This document shows, one piece after another, positions 26,701 to 39,100 of a DNA stretch of 64,000 nucleotides; position 1 is the first letter of the stretch, and every line of letters starts with the position of its first letter. The stretch is taken from contig CM041465.1 in assembly GCA_023213395.1 (NCBI GenBank), positions 196,981,741-197,045,740 on the forward strand, given 5' to 3'. The stretch comes from Cycas panzhihuaensis. Taxonomy: Eukaryota; Plantae; Cycadophyta. The notes under the pieces are model-generated. The model had not been told where the DNA came from, made no database searches, and saw nothing but the letters and a program-made list of their open reading frames with translations. Both the position numbers and the translations under genes were made by a program.

Positions 26701-29030
26701 GTATCGGGGATGTTTGGCAGGAACAAAGTCTTTGTTTACAAATGGTTTTAGTGGCTACAATCAAGTATAGATTGCTCTAGAGGATCAAGCTAATGCAACC
26801 TTTGTGACATAATGTGGAACTTAGGCATAAATGGCTTGACCAATGCACTTGTCACATTTCAGTGTATTGTCATTGATATTTTTCGAAAAATGATTGGAGA
26901 AAACGTTGCAGTGTTCCTTGATTATTGGACCCTATATGGGCTAATGAAAAATCATATGGACAATTTTAGGGAAATGTTACAAACATGTAGATAAAATAGC
27001 CTTTGCTTTAATCTAGAAAAGTGTACTTTCTTAGTGCCATTTGGGAACTTGCTAGGACACATTGTGAGCAAAGATGGATTGTTAACGAACCTAGTCAAGG
27101 TTTAGACGATTTTGTACTTCTCGACTCCCTTGGCATGGAAACAATCAAAGGGTTTCTTAGGAGTAACAAGATATTACAGAAAATTCATTAGAGGGTATGC
27201 ATGTACATTTGGACCCTTGGAACAACTATTGAAACAAGATTTGGAATGGGAGTGGGGTATAGAGCAACAAGATGCATTTGAATCTTTGAAAGTGGCCATA
27301 ACATCTGCAACTATCTTACGATTTTCAGAATGGGACAAAATATTTTATGTCCATGTAGATGCATTGCAATAGGCAATTGGTTGTGTACTAGCTCAACTTG
27401 GGGAACTAAATGTCGATCACCCCATTTATTTTGCTAGTAGAAAACTAACCAGGGCCAAACAAAATTATAAGACCATAGAACGAGAAGGCCTCTAAATGGT
27501 TTATGCCCTACATAAATTTTGCTACTCTCTTATCCAATCCATTCAAATTTTATGTTGACCATCAAGAATTGATGTACTTTCTGAATAACCTTATATTGAG
27601 GGGATAGATCAATAGATGGCTTATGTTATTTTAGGAATTCACTTCTAAAATATTTGTCAAACTTGGAGAAGCCCATGTTATACTTGATCAATTATTGAGA
27701 GTCAAGAACAAGGAAGAAGTAACAAGTATACAAGATTTTTCAGATGTAGCACTCTTCAATGTAGAGGTAGTTCCAACAGAATGGTATGAAGGGATTCTCA
27801 AGTATCTTGCAACAAGCAAGTTGCCACTACACATGGGAAAAATAGAGTGAAGACATTTTGCTTAGAAAGTAGAACCATACCAATTGATTCAGGGGGAATT
27901 GTATCGTCTTGGCCCTATCGAGGCGCTTCATCGCTATGCTAAATTGCACGAAATAGAACAAATCATGAGCCAAGCACATGAAGGTGTGGCAAGAGGTCAT
28001 ATGGGAAAAATGGCAATATGGCGAAAAAGTATTATCGACAGGATTTTGGTGGTCTACAATGTTTGAAGATATAAAGAATTGGATCAAAAAGCGTAACTAC
28101 TGCTAGCGAGTAGGGAAATCGAGTTGTTAGGACTTTTGGCCTCTCAACCTAATCCTATCTTTGGCACCATTCGAGAAATGGGGCCTAGATTTTATTGGGC
28201 TTATCAAACTAGCAACTCAACAATCTCAAGCTCGATACATTCTTGTGGCCACAGATTACATGACCAAGTGGCTGGAGGCAAGGCCCTTAAGAAAAGTAGA
28301 TTTAGATAACATAGCTAGATTTTTATACGAAGTAATCGTCACGCACTATGGATGCCCATTGGAAATTGTAAGTGATCAAGGTGCAAATTTTTTGAACCAA
28401 GTAATAGAAACATTAACATGAAAATTCATGATTAGTTATTGGAAATCAACAACTTGCTATCCTTGAGCAAAAGGACAAGTCCAAAGCTCCAATAAAGTTA
28501 TTCAAAATTGCCTTCGGAAAATTTGTGACGTCGACCGATCCAAGTGGTTAAAAAAGCTTCCATCAGTGCTATGGGCTTTCAGAACCACATTCAAAAGGAC
28601 AATTGGACAAACACCATTCCAATTGGTATACAAAATGGAGTTCGTTCCTCTAATTGAATTTGAGATGCCTAGCCTGAGAGTTGCCATGACTTGCTGACTT
28701 GACGACTTCCATTCCTTACGAGAATGGCTATGACAATTACTGCAATTTGAAGAGACAAGATATATGCAAAGTGGTTACAAAACATTGAAAAAGTAAGGCA
28801 AAAGGTGTGGCATGATGGTCGTCTAAAAACACCTCAATTTCGGAAAGGAGACCAGGTTTTGTTATATGTAGTAAGTTTTGCATGCACCCTGGAAAGTTAA
28901 AGATGCTAGGGTTAGGGCCATACATTGCCAAGAAAATTTTTGATAACGGCTCAATTAGGCTGAGAGAGATTGATGGCCCACAGTTGCTAACCTTGGTTAA
29001 TGGTAGCCGATTGAAACCCTATCGCAGCTA
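23734..29030 (+). pseudogene. E4 pol (protease, RT, RNase H, integrase), heavily disrupted
   Basis: IVIVDGGVTVNVLP protease (24146-24511); VPKKNGKIQVCVDYKQLN...DPFPLPF and AVFLDYW RT; FLGVTRYYRKFI and FYVHVDA RNase H; PFEKWGLDFIG...IVSDQGANF integrase (28161-28421). Confidence 0.92.
25380..25994 (-). repeat. Probable solo LTR of a Tork/Tnt1-like copia element inside E4 pol
   Basis: Non-coding block between PR and RT carrying the ACGTGG..ACCCT-stem-loop-..CCAC motif also seen in the E1 and E3 LTRs; ends TTAACA. No clean TSD found, so the left edge is approximate. Confidence 0.5.
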
Positions 29031-29734
29031 GTGTATGCCAAATTCACTAGAGGAATCAACTGGTTGTATCAGACATGTTGCTTGACATTGGAGATAATTG
29101 AGGTTATCTTGGTATCAGAATATGATTCCAACTTCATGTGTAAAATGGAAAAATACAACAAAAAATTAGAAAATAGAAAAAATAATTGTAACTCGTCATA
29201 CACTTAAGCAATATGATAGTATACAAAAGGGAAAAATAATGATAATAACTAAAAAAAGTGTTGATGAAAAATAAATATACAAGGAGAAAGGAAAAAAATA
29301 AAAAGAAAATCAAGATAGAATAAATCATCATTGGAAAAGTTTTAAAAAATGATACATTTTACGTATACGTTCCTCCAAATTGCACTATACATTCCAAAAA
29401 GGAACGGTATCAGAAAAGCACATAAGAACGTAAAGTGACAGAAATAAATACACACTCTTGTAAGCATTTTGACGCATAACACATAGTGGAAACGAGCAAA
29501 AATAAATGCTAGATCACCAAAATTAAACCTCATTTCAATGAGGTCAAGTTCCAAAGTCATGAGCATCAACCAACAAATGCATTCCAGTGGTAATAACAAC
29601 AATTTTCGGTGCAAAATAGTCATACGTTCCTTCGACGAACGTATTGAATGTATTTAGCTTTTAAGTGCAAAAACCCTACTCATTTCTCTTGTTAGTCATA
29701 AGTAGTACTTCCCATTTTTCCATTAGTGTCCAAA

Positions 29735-30830
29735 ATGAAGATTGCAAGATGCAAAGAGAATTATCTATCCAAATTGAAGGCAGGATTGGATGGATTGCCA
29801 ATTGCATTTAGAAATAAGATCAAACAGGTAGGATGGGGAGAGTATATTTACCTAGCTCTGTTATATTAGGATTCAGGGTTGATGGAAAGCATCCTAATGG
29901 AATTGAAAAAAAAATATCAAACACATTCATTTGGATGTTCTTATTATCCATACCATTACTAGACTTCCTAAGGAAGGGTATGTCCTAAGTTCCACAAAAT
30001 GATCGGAGGTGGACCATGAAATTTGGGTCAGAGAATTATGTGAAGAAAAACACAAATATTCTTGGGAGGAATCTGAGTGGTTGACATTTGAGATTTGAGA
30101 CTTCAGTGGGTGTCCAAAGTGATAGTCACCAGGTTTTAATCCAAACAAAAATATACATATATTTTAGGAGGTATGATGTTAGTACTACCTCAAATTCGTG
30201 ATGGGGTACAATGGAATTGGCCAAAGTTTTTAGCCATAAACATGATGCAATAGATTGAGAAAGTGTCTACCCATCCCTTTTGACATCCCTCCTTGTTGGC
30301 AATGTTGATATGTTAGTGCCCAGGAGTACAACCTCGCCAAATACCCATTGGACCGCACAAGCCATTGATCAAGCAATGGGTGGATGCATTCCTTGAGTCC
30401 ACTCAAGATACAAAAGTGAAAAGAAGGGTAAAGAAAGAAATAACAAAAATTTTGAAGTGGTTATAACAAACGACAGGGAGTCTAATTTAACATTGTTCCA
30501 AGCAGGTGGTCAAGAAAAGCACCAAACAGAGACATGAGGAAGAGGAAGAAGAAATAGAAACCAAACCCTCACTGGGGGGATTGGGCCCTAGTTGAAGAAG
30601 AATTCTCTGCCACCATGGAATTGAGAGAAACATCCTCCCATCCAACATTGATAGAAGGAAAGGGATAACAAATCATCTGAATGGTGGAAGAAATGGAAGC
30701 AAGCTATAGGGTAAAAATTGCCGCTTTGCAAGAAAAATTAAAAGAAAACGATGCAATCATAGCTACCCTCACTCAAATTAATAAAGATATACTGAAGGCC
30801 AATGAAGTGTCAGTAGATATGAGGCAGTAA
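29735..30830 (+). pseudogene. Decayed extra ORF between E4 integrase and the 3' LTR (env-like position), with a coiled-coil C-terminus
   Basis: Starts MKIARCKENYLSKLKAGLDGLPIAFRNKIKQVGWGEYIY; acidic linker near 30540; ends KIAALQEKLKENDAIIATLTQINKDILKANE; internal stops. Confidence 0.5.
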
Positions 30831-30931
30831 AAGTAGCATTGATATAGAGTGGGGGAGAATAAAATTAAAAATTTTTGGAAAATTTTGAATTGAACAAGGA
30901 TGTTCAACCCTTTTTGTTGACTAGGGATAGA

Positions 30932-31737
30932 CATTGGGGCAAAACTTGGTGCTCATGCTATTTTGGACCATGGAAAAGTAGGAGCATATGCTTATTTTGA
31001 GATGAGGAATGCAAAAACGCACCATTAAACTATTGCACGTGGGAATGCATGCCAGAAAGCAATGAAGAAATCCAAGGAACAACTCTTGGGGAACACACAC
31101 TAGGGTATGGTTTGAAAGGAATGCACGAAGACTATAACACATGGAACACATGCCTAGAATCAAGTCGTACATTCTAGACATGATGACATCATCCATGGGC
31201 ATATGTATGCATAGTCGTACAGACATGCATGGTAATTAAGTGGTTGTAATGAGAAATTAAGTGAAAAGGTACTTTTGTTATGAAAAGGAATGGTTGTGAC
31301 CATAAGTCACAACCATTCCCCCAAAAGGCATGTAATTTGGTATTTATTGGGACTTGTTCCACCATTTTAGTGTGAGAGCCGAGTTACTTGATCTGATGAT
31401 ACATTCCCAAGTATATAGGAACAATTATTGAAGCATACGTTATGATTCATGGTGGAATGCATGTAGGATGTGTCCATTTCCAGTGATGTAAGGACATTAA
31501 CAATGATATTTTGCTTAATATAATAGTGAGTTACTTGGAATACTAAATATTTTGTGCATATTGACTATTTCATAATGAATGTGTGTTGGATTATTGATCG
31601 TTATATGGCATAATGATGATGCAAACTGTATGAGCAAGTGATAACATGACTATGTTAACCAAGCCCTAGCTAGACTATTAGGTGAGGACTCCTTGACAAA
31701 TGTATTTTCATAGGGGTAGTGAGAAGTAAAATCAACA
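30932..31737 (+). repeat. 3' LTR of E4
   Basis: Homologous to 13501-14263 (roughly 80-85% by eye, with indels near 31450-31545); ends ATCAACA before CTAGG. Confidence 0.9.
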
Positions 31738-31742
31738 CTAGG

Positions 31743-33460
31743 TAGGAATGACACACAAGCAATGAGTGGTTGTTACATAGAAAAGGGTAACAAGGACTTT
31801 ATGGAAGTGAACAAAGGGTGAAGAAAGTGTTGCCACTCATCTAAATGAAGACATGGTTGAAGTGATAGTTTGGAGTATTGCTAGTTGCTTCACATATGTA
31901 ATGAAGGAAGCCACTATAGTTCGAGTTTTAGGCTTGGGAATGCCTTTGGGTAAGGACGGAGATTGAGCTTAAAGACATCAAGATAGATCCTTCATAGGAA
32001 GATATAGAGGCCTACACTCCTAAGGAAACCTTGACCAAAGGCAGGGTGATTCAGTCTATAGGAAATCTAATTATATTGGGAGATTAAATCATAAGCGAAG
32101 AAGTCCAAAGTAGAGATCAAATAGGTTATGAGGACATCCTTGCTAAGGAGTTGGTAAGCGCTATCCAATGCACCTAGTGTAGGGGGATAAACTCTTAAAA
32201 GTTTGAAAGGGGCTTACATTTTCATTAGTTCCCTATGTAGAGAAGTAACTAAGGGCCAGGAGATTAACAAAAGGATCTAATCTTATAACTATGGTTGAAC
32301 ATGTAGAGGAGAGAGTCTATCATTGGGAGAGGGAGGAGGAAGTCCTACAGAAAGCTTTGGTTAAGGGAAAAAAGTAGGTGAAGACAACTGAGCTAATGAT
32401 GTAGGGTGATTAAGCCAAAGAATCGACTGGCTTCCACCTAGCCACTAGGGAATTGGTAAGGCCAAGAACCTACAAAATTGAATAGTGTAATGCAGGAAAA
32501 TTTATCCCTTAAAGAGGAGAATGCAAGTTTAGATGAGAAGGTATAGGAATTGACCCAAGTACAGGGAAGGTTGTTAATTCAACTACTACAACAAAACACT
32601 GTCCAAGAGGTGGAGCAGTTGAACCAGGAAAGTAAAGTAGAACAACCTATTAGTGAGTTGCTAAAGCAATATTAGGAAGGCCAAAGTGCACTTGCCCCAC
32701 AACTATGGGAATTTTGCTTTGAACTCATCAAGCTACAAGAACATGTGGCCTCGATTAAAAAGGCAACTAATCACCATTACTCCTTGTTGATGAGATAATT
32801 AAAACTACTTCATGATGAGGTAGTTGAATTGCTTGCTAGGGAGCGAACCTCCAAAGTATCTTTCTTCATATGGTACCATTAGGTCATGGGCATCTCTCAC
32901 TAAAATGCTAGGATGATGAAGGAGAAAGCTAAGTAATTGGAAGTTGCTTTGGTGAAACCCATCTGTTCATAATTGATGGCCTTACACCAAGAAAGTAAAT
33001 TTCTCTTAGAAGGTGCATGTCTGTAAAGAGAAAACTACTTGAAGGAAGTAGAAAAGAGTAGGGACAAGAGATTAAGTCAGTAGGGCTTGAGGGATGGGGT
33101 GGAGCCCCACCGGTGGGCTAAATAGATGCATGGTTGACTGGTAAGCCAATGAGATCTCAAGGGCTTGTTGTTTAGGGAAACATCAGAACTAAAATTGGAT
33201 GGGAACAATTGAATTAGGCTTTTCGTAAATCTGGAGTTGATTAATACTCTCTTAGCATAGTAATATTGAAATGATCTTGGCATTTGGATGATGGGAGGAA
33301 GTAGCTAACCGACAATTTTGAGATCTAGATATAGATTCTTGAAAGTTACAACTACTTCATGCCTATATCTCCAGAGCAATTACAACATGCTGGTGGTCAC
33401 ACTTTCATGGGAACTTTAAAAATGGAGAAAGAGGATGAATGTATTGTGGCTTGGTCTACT
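31743..33460 (+). pseudogene. C-terminal coiled-coil part of the decayed ORF antisense to E7
   Basis: Heptad-rich frame ENLSLKEENASLDEKV*ELTQVQGRLLIQLLQQNTVQEVEQLNQE at ~32495-32640; rejoins 13495 across the CTAGG TSD. Confidence 0.45.
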
Positions 33461-35628
33461 TGCTACAATCACCTTTGTTTCATTTAGTTGTCTTATGTTT
33501 TCATTGAGATGTTCTAGACTTCTTTGAACTCTAATTTTCCTGTGTGTTGAAATACTCATGTTTCTCGTGTTTTGATTTTAGATTTGAAAGCATTGTCTAG
33601 CTAAATAGACCCAAGCAAGAATCTTAGGTTGTGGGCAAGGGTATGGTAGCAATTCAAGGTACTTATTTTAGGCCAAGAGTTGGAATGATGCTATGTTGCA
33701 TTTTCTTTCCTTGGAAGAATTATATATGAGACTTGATGAGTTAGTCTATCTACTCATCCATTATACATAGATTCATTTTGAAAGTCATTGTATACTGTTT
33801 GATTCTTTTAAGTTTAATCGATGTGCTCTTAACATTATCGAGTGATATGCAAGATTACAAATGTTTCCATCTTAATTATAATGTGGCATGGAAATAAGGT
33901 TGATTGCGTTGTAATCTTTTGGATGTTGTTTTATAGGCTTGCCTTGTTACTAGCTTCTTTCTTTTCTTTTTACTTTACTTCGTGTGCCTTCTTGGAAGAT
34001 GTTTACGTATATCTTATTTTTCTTTTAATACATTCCACAAACGGGTCTATTTAGATGTATATCCAGACATGACGCAATTGTAAACACTTTGTTGTGTATA
34101 GTCTTCTTTAATACATCTTTGTGCATGCTATATATTCTAGCAAATCAAAGCTAATCACTCCTTTAAGCAAAGAGTTCAGACACCCCCATTATTTATCCTT
34201 GTGTTCCTTGACGTTGCTTCAAACACTCGTAGACTAGTTATATCATCTCTTTAGCATTCTTGGGAAGTACAAGAATCCAAGGCAACATGTAGAGTCATTT
34301 TTAGACTAGTTTCACCCCTTCTATTAATTTGATTTGGTGCTCCCCCATTTCAAGTAGAATGCCTTTAAGATCTTTGTAAGACAGAGCAAATACATCTTTA
34401 TACTTTATAAAAAATGTATTGGCTGGAGGGACTGTTTCTTTGTTCTAATAATCATCTATGGTGACATATTAAGGTTGTTGTTCCAAGCCAATATTTATTT
34501 GTTTCACCTTTAATTTTTTATCTTTGACATATTGGCCATCTGTTTCTACTTCATGGGTAGGTGTTTGATCAGATTCCCTATTGCCATACTCTATAACAAA
34601 TTATGAAGTGGGAAAGTTCCACACTTCTTTGTGGCTTCCTTCCCTTGAAGGAGGCTCTTGTTTTGGTTGTTGGTTATCTTCTGTTGGCACATCGAATAAC
34701 GTTTCCATGTTATGGCATGGTTTTTTCTAAGGCAAAAGTTTGTTTTTGAAGGTATTGAATGTAGGGATGGCTGCTATGATATGCAAAAGTTTTGCAAAAA
34801 TCCTATTGTAAGTGTTGCCAATTCATTTTATCAAATTTATCACAATATTCAAAACGTGTCTTACTTATGTTGCCAAAAGTCACTGCCCAATGGTGGGGCC
34901 CATTTTGATTAATGTTGCCATTGGGTTTTCCAAATTTGCCTACATTCTTGGAGGTGGTGGTATGGGTTTCTTTTCAACATGGCATATTGGTAACTCATTA
35001 TTGTGTATTTGAAATCTTATATATAACCTTTCAATCCATCATTTTAATGTGAGAATCAAAAGAAGATTTATGCAACTAATCTAATTTCTTCCATTTATTA
35101 TCTTTGGGTGTGAAGCTTTGCAACTCCCTCGTAGCCTACAATTAGTAAAGGAACATGAGGCGATATAAGATGCACAGATTTTGCAAATAAGAATTGCAAA
35201 GCTTCATAAGCTTTCTAATTCCATCAAGCGTTAGAAGTTTGCTTTTTCTTTTCTTGTTGCTCTATGAAGTGCATTGCCTTCTATAGAGTTATGTTCGCTT
35301 CTTGTAGTAACTTCTTTTCTACTCGCTGCTTTAGAAAAGTAGATTCTTGCAATGGAGGAGAAACAAACTTACTACTGAGGTTTTGCATATGCACCTCTAC
35401 CCCATCCGTTTGATCATTTGGTATCCTCATGACCAAATTGGAAGCATGCACCTTGGCGTTTGAATCCTTTGGCCAAGTTGCCCATTTGGGATCTATAGGT
35501 TTGCATTTTTCACATATAAATTCACCATTGTTCTTTTGCAAAGGGTAGTCTATTCAAAGATGTCCCCAATGTAAAACATAAATGGGAGTAGATTGCCTTG
35601 GTTCTTCCATTATATTGTTTATATGTCT

Positions 35629-36160
35629 TGTGAAAATGGGCATTAAGCCACATTAGTCCCAAGAACTTAAGTGAAAGCACAATACCACAAATGCATGAAG
35701 CATAAAACACAAAGAACACAAAGAGAAATAGGAGCAAGATCAAGATACCATGAATGGGAGTTGGAATTAGTCCAACCACCAAAGAATGCTTCAGCTTGAT
35801 TAGCAAACTGACAGAACAACAATGAGCTCCTCCTCTTGAGATGAGCAACAATGAAGAGAGGCCTCTTTAAATAGAAGAAGATGAGAGGCCAAAGGCTATT
35901 GCATGATTGACAAGTGTCAATCATGCAATGCATGCTTGCATGTAGGACAAGTGTCCATTGGGAGCTCATGTGAGCAAAAGTGCAAGGGGGTCATTTGACC
36001 CTTAAGTGACAACGTTATGTCACTAGACATAAAGTGGGTGTGTACTTTATCACTTAAGTGATAAAGTCACACCTAAAGTACAAAAGTGCACACATAATAC
36101 AAGAATAGAAAGTACATTAGCTTAACATTATAAACATAAGGTAAACCATGAGGTTTAACA
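35629..36160 (-). repeat. 3' LTR of E6
   Basis: TGTGAAAA...TTTAACA; repeat of 42117-42657. Confidence 0.93.
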
Positions 36161-36174
36161 CCCCCCCTTATTGT

Positions 36175-39100
36175 TTATAATGTTGAGTCGAACTCTAGAC
36201 CATCTCTAAATTTTACAAATTTGTCTCTACCAAGTGGCTTGGTAAAGATATCTCGCCGCTCCGCTCCGTTGGTCGATATTGAAGAGTGATCTCACCACCG
36301 TGTACATGCTCCCCGATGAAATGATGGTGAACTTCAATATGTTTGGTCCGCGGCGTGGAAGACCTGGATTCTTAGTTAGCTTGAGGACACTCGATTGTCA
36401 CAATGAATCTTTGCCGGGTCACCGCCATCGAAATCCAAGCTCACCAAGAATCCGTGGCCGATAGCCTCACAAGTCTACCGACCGCAGCTTTGTACTCTGC
36501 TTCAGTGGAGGACAAAGTAACATTTGGTTGCTTCTTGCAACTCCATGAAACAGCTGTTGAACTAAGGGTAAAACAGTAACCCGAGGTTGATTTCCTGCTA
36601 TCCTGGCATCCTGCCCAATCAGAATCAGAGAACCCCTCCAAAGTGAAGCTCTCCTTATGTACATACTCAAGTCCAAGCTGCAATGTTCCTTTGATATATT
36701 TGAGTATGCGTTTTGCTGCTTTCCAATGCTTCTGATTGGGTTGAGACATGAAGCGAGAGCAAATCCCAAATGCAAATGAGATGTCTGGACGAGTGTTGGT
36801 AAGATATATTAAGCTACCAATCAACTGTCGATAAAGAGTGGAATCTGCTGGTTCAGCTTCCTCATTAAGAGAAAGCTTGGTGCCATTCTCCATGGGTGTA
36901 GGCGCCTGCCTTGCGTCAGGCATCCTGAATCTCTGCAAGATGTCCCAAGAATATTTTGTTTGGAAAATGAAGATATAGCCTGGCTGCTGCCATACCTCAA
37001 AGCCTAGAAAGTAATGGAGAAGTCCAAGATCAGTCATCTCAAAACTTCTCTTCAAATCATCCTGGAGAACATTGATGAGCTTAGTGTCATCACCCGTGAT
37101 CACTAAGTCATCTACATACAAGGCAATATAAATGACATGGTGATGTTCATGTTTGATATACAAGTTTGGATCAGATGTGGATCGATGAAACCCATGTCTC
37201 AAAAAGTGTTCATTGATTTTTGCGTCCCATGCCCTAGGAGCTTGCTTCAAGCCATACAAAGCCTTCTTGAGGCGACATACCAAATGCTCCTTGCCTTGTT
37301 CCTTGTAACCAGGAGGTTGCTTCAAGTATACCTCCTCTTGAAGATCGCCGTTGAGGAAGGCGCTCTTCACGTCCATCTGATGTACGGGCCATTTGCATTG
37401 TGCAGCTAAGGCCAAGAGAAGTCTGATGGTGTTCATGTTTGCTACAGGTGCAAAGGTCTCCTCGTAATCAATTCCTTCCTTTTGTTTGAACCCCTTTGCT
37501 ACAAGTCTTGCTTTCTGTCGCTTGAGTGTCCCATCAGAATGGAATTTGGTCTTGTAGACCCATTTACAACTGATTGCCTGCTTGTGTGGAGGCAATTCGA
37601 CCAAGTCCCAAGTACCATTCTTGTGAATGGATTGAATCTCCTCATCCATGGCAGCTTTCCAACTGTCACTTTGTGAAGCCTCTACAAAGGTAGTAGGCTC
37701 ATCAATAGAAAGCACTTCAGCTATAAGTGCAAAGTTTGTTTGCTGCCGATACTTTGATGGACGTTTCCCTTCAATGATATGACCATCCTGTACCGTTTGA
37801 GTGTACCACTTAGGTAACTTCTGAAATGATGTGGCATGAACCTCAATATCTTCCGTCTAAGTGTGGGAGTAATGTAAGATGAAGTGGAAGGTTCAAGTGG
37901 AGCAGATGAAGATGAAGTAGATGGTACAGGAGGTGCAGATGAAGAACACGGTGTATAAGATTGAGAGGAAGGAAAATCCTCAACAATCTTTTTCCCTTTG
38001 TTAATGGGGGATTAGATTGATGCCATATCCAACTCTTTTTGATCATCCTCAACAAAGATTACATCTCTTGAGAAATGCATTTTTCTCCCAAGTGGATCAT
38101 ACAATTTGTAGGCTTTGCTATGGATTGCATATCCTACAAAAATGCATTTGAGGCTATGTTTGTCCAACTTTGTTCTTTGTTGATCACGCAGTACACCCGA
38201 ATGTCCTCAAATGGCTGATAGTTGGCTTCTTTCCAGACCATGCCTCCTCAGGTGTGATATCGGTGACTGCTATTGTAGGACTTCGATTGGCCACATAGGC
38301 TGCTGTATGAAATGCTTCGGCCCAGTAAGCTCTTGGAAGCCCTTTTGCATGCATCATTGTTTTGGCTTTATTAGCCAAAGTTCTATTCATCCTCTCAGAG
38401 ACTCCATTTTGCTGAGGAGTATGAGGAGCTGTGAGTTGTCTCTGAATTCCATTATCCTTGCAAAATTGGTTGAATTCATTTGAAGTGAATTCTCCTCCAT
38501 TATTTGACCTTAATGTGCCAATTGAGTAGCCAGATTCATTTTCTACTTCCGCCTTGAACTCTTTGAACTTGGAGAAGGCTTCTGATTTTTGCTTTAGGAA
38601 GTAGACCCAGACTTTGTGAGAGAAGTCATCAATGAAAGATATGTAGTACAATGCTCCTCCAAAGGATTGGGTGGACATGGGTCCACATAAGTCTGAGTGA
38701 ACTAACTGCAAAGGATAAGATGCACGCCATGCTTTGCCTTTAGGAAAAGGCAACCGATGTTGTGTCCCCATTATGCAAGCTTCAAAGACATTTTGAACCA
38801 TACATCTTTGGAAGCCCATACACCATGCTTTTGTTTATCATCTGCTTCAGATTGTCTAGGCTTAAATGTCCTAGACGTTGATGCCATAACTGAATTTTTG
38901 ACAAAGATGTGGAACCAGGGTAAGCAAAATCAAGAGTAATGTTATTGGCATCTAACTTATAAAGACCTTGATCCTCATAGGCTACAGCTACGATCTGGTC
39001 ATCTTTGTCACAAATGATACATTTCCCATTTTTAAATAGTACGCTCGTTTGTTGCTTGTTCAACTGGCTAACAGATAGCAGATTCTTCTCCATAGAAGGA

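Larger units (their letters stand above)
13501..31737 (+). mobile_element. Full-length non-chromoviral (Tat/Athila-like) gypsy element E4, 18.2 kb including inserts
   Basis: LTRs at 13501-14263 and ~30932-31737, both ending TCAACA; exact 5-bp TSD CTAGG at 13496-13500 and 31738-31742; domains run gag-PR-RT-RH-INT on the plus strand. Confidence 0.93.

Noticed and set aside
35667-35969. Duplicated 100-aa hydrophobic ORF (also 42156-42458)
   Set aside because: It is duplicated only because it lies in the two LTRs of E6; no equivalent ORF is called in the E5 LTRs.
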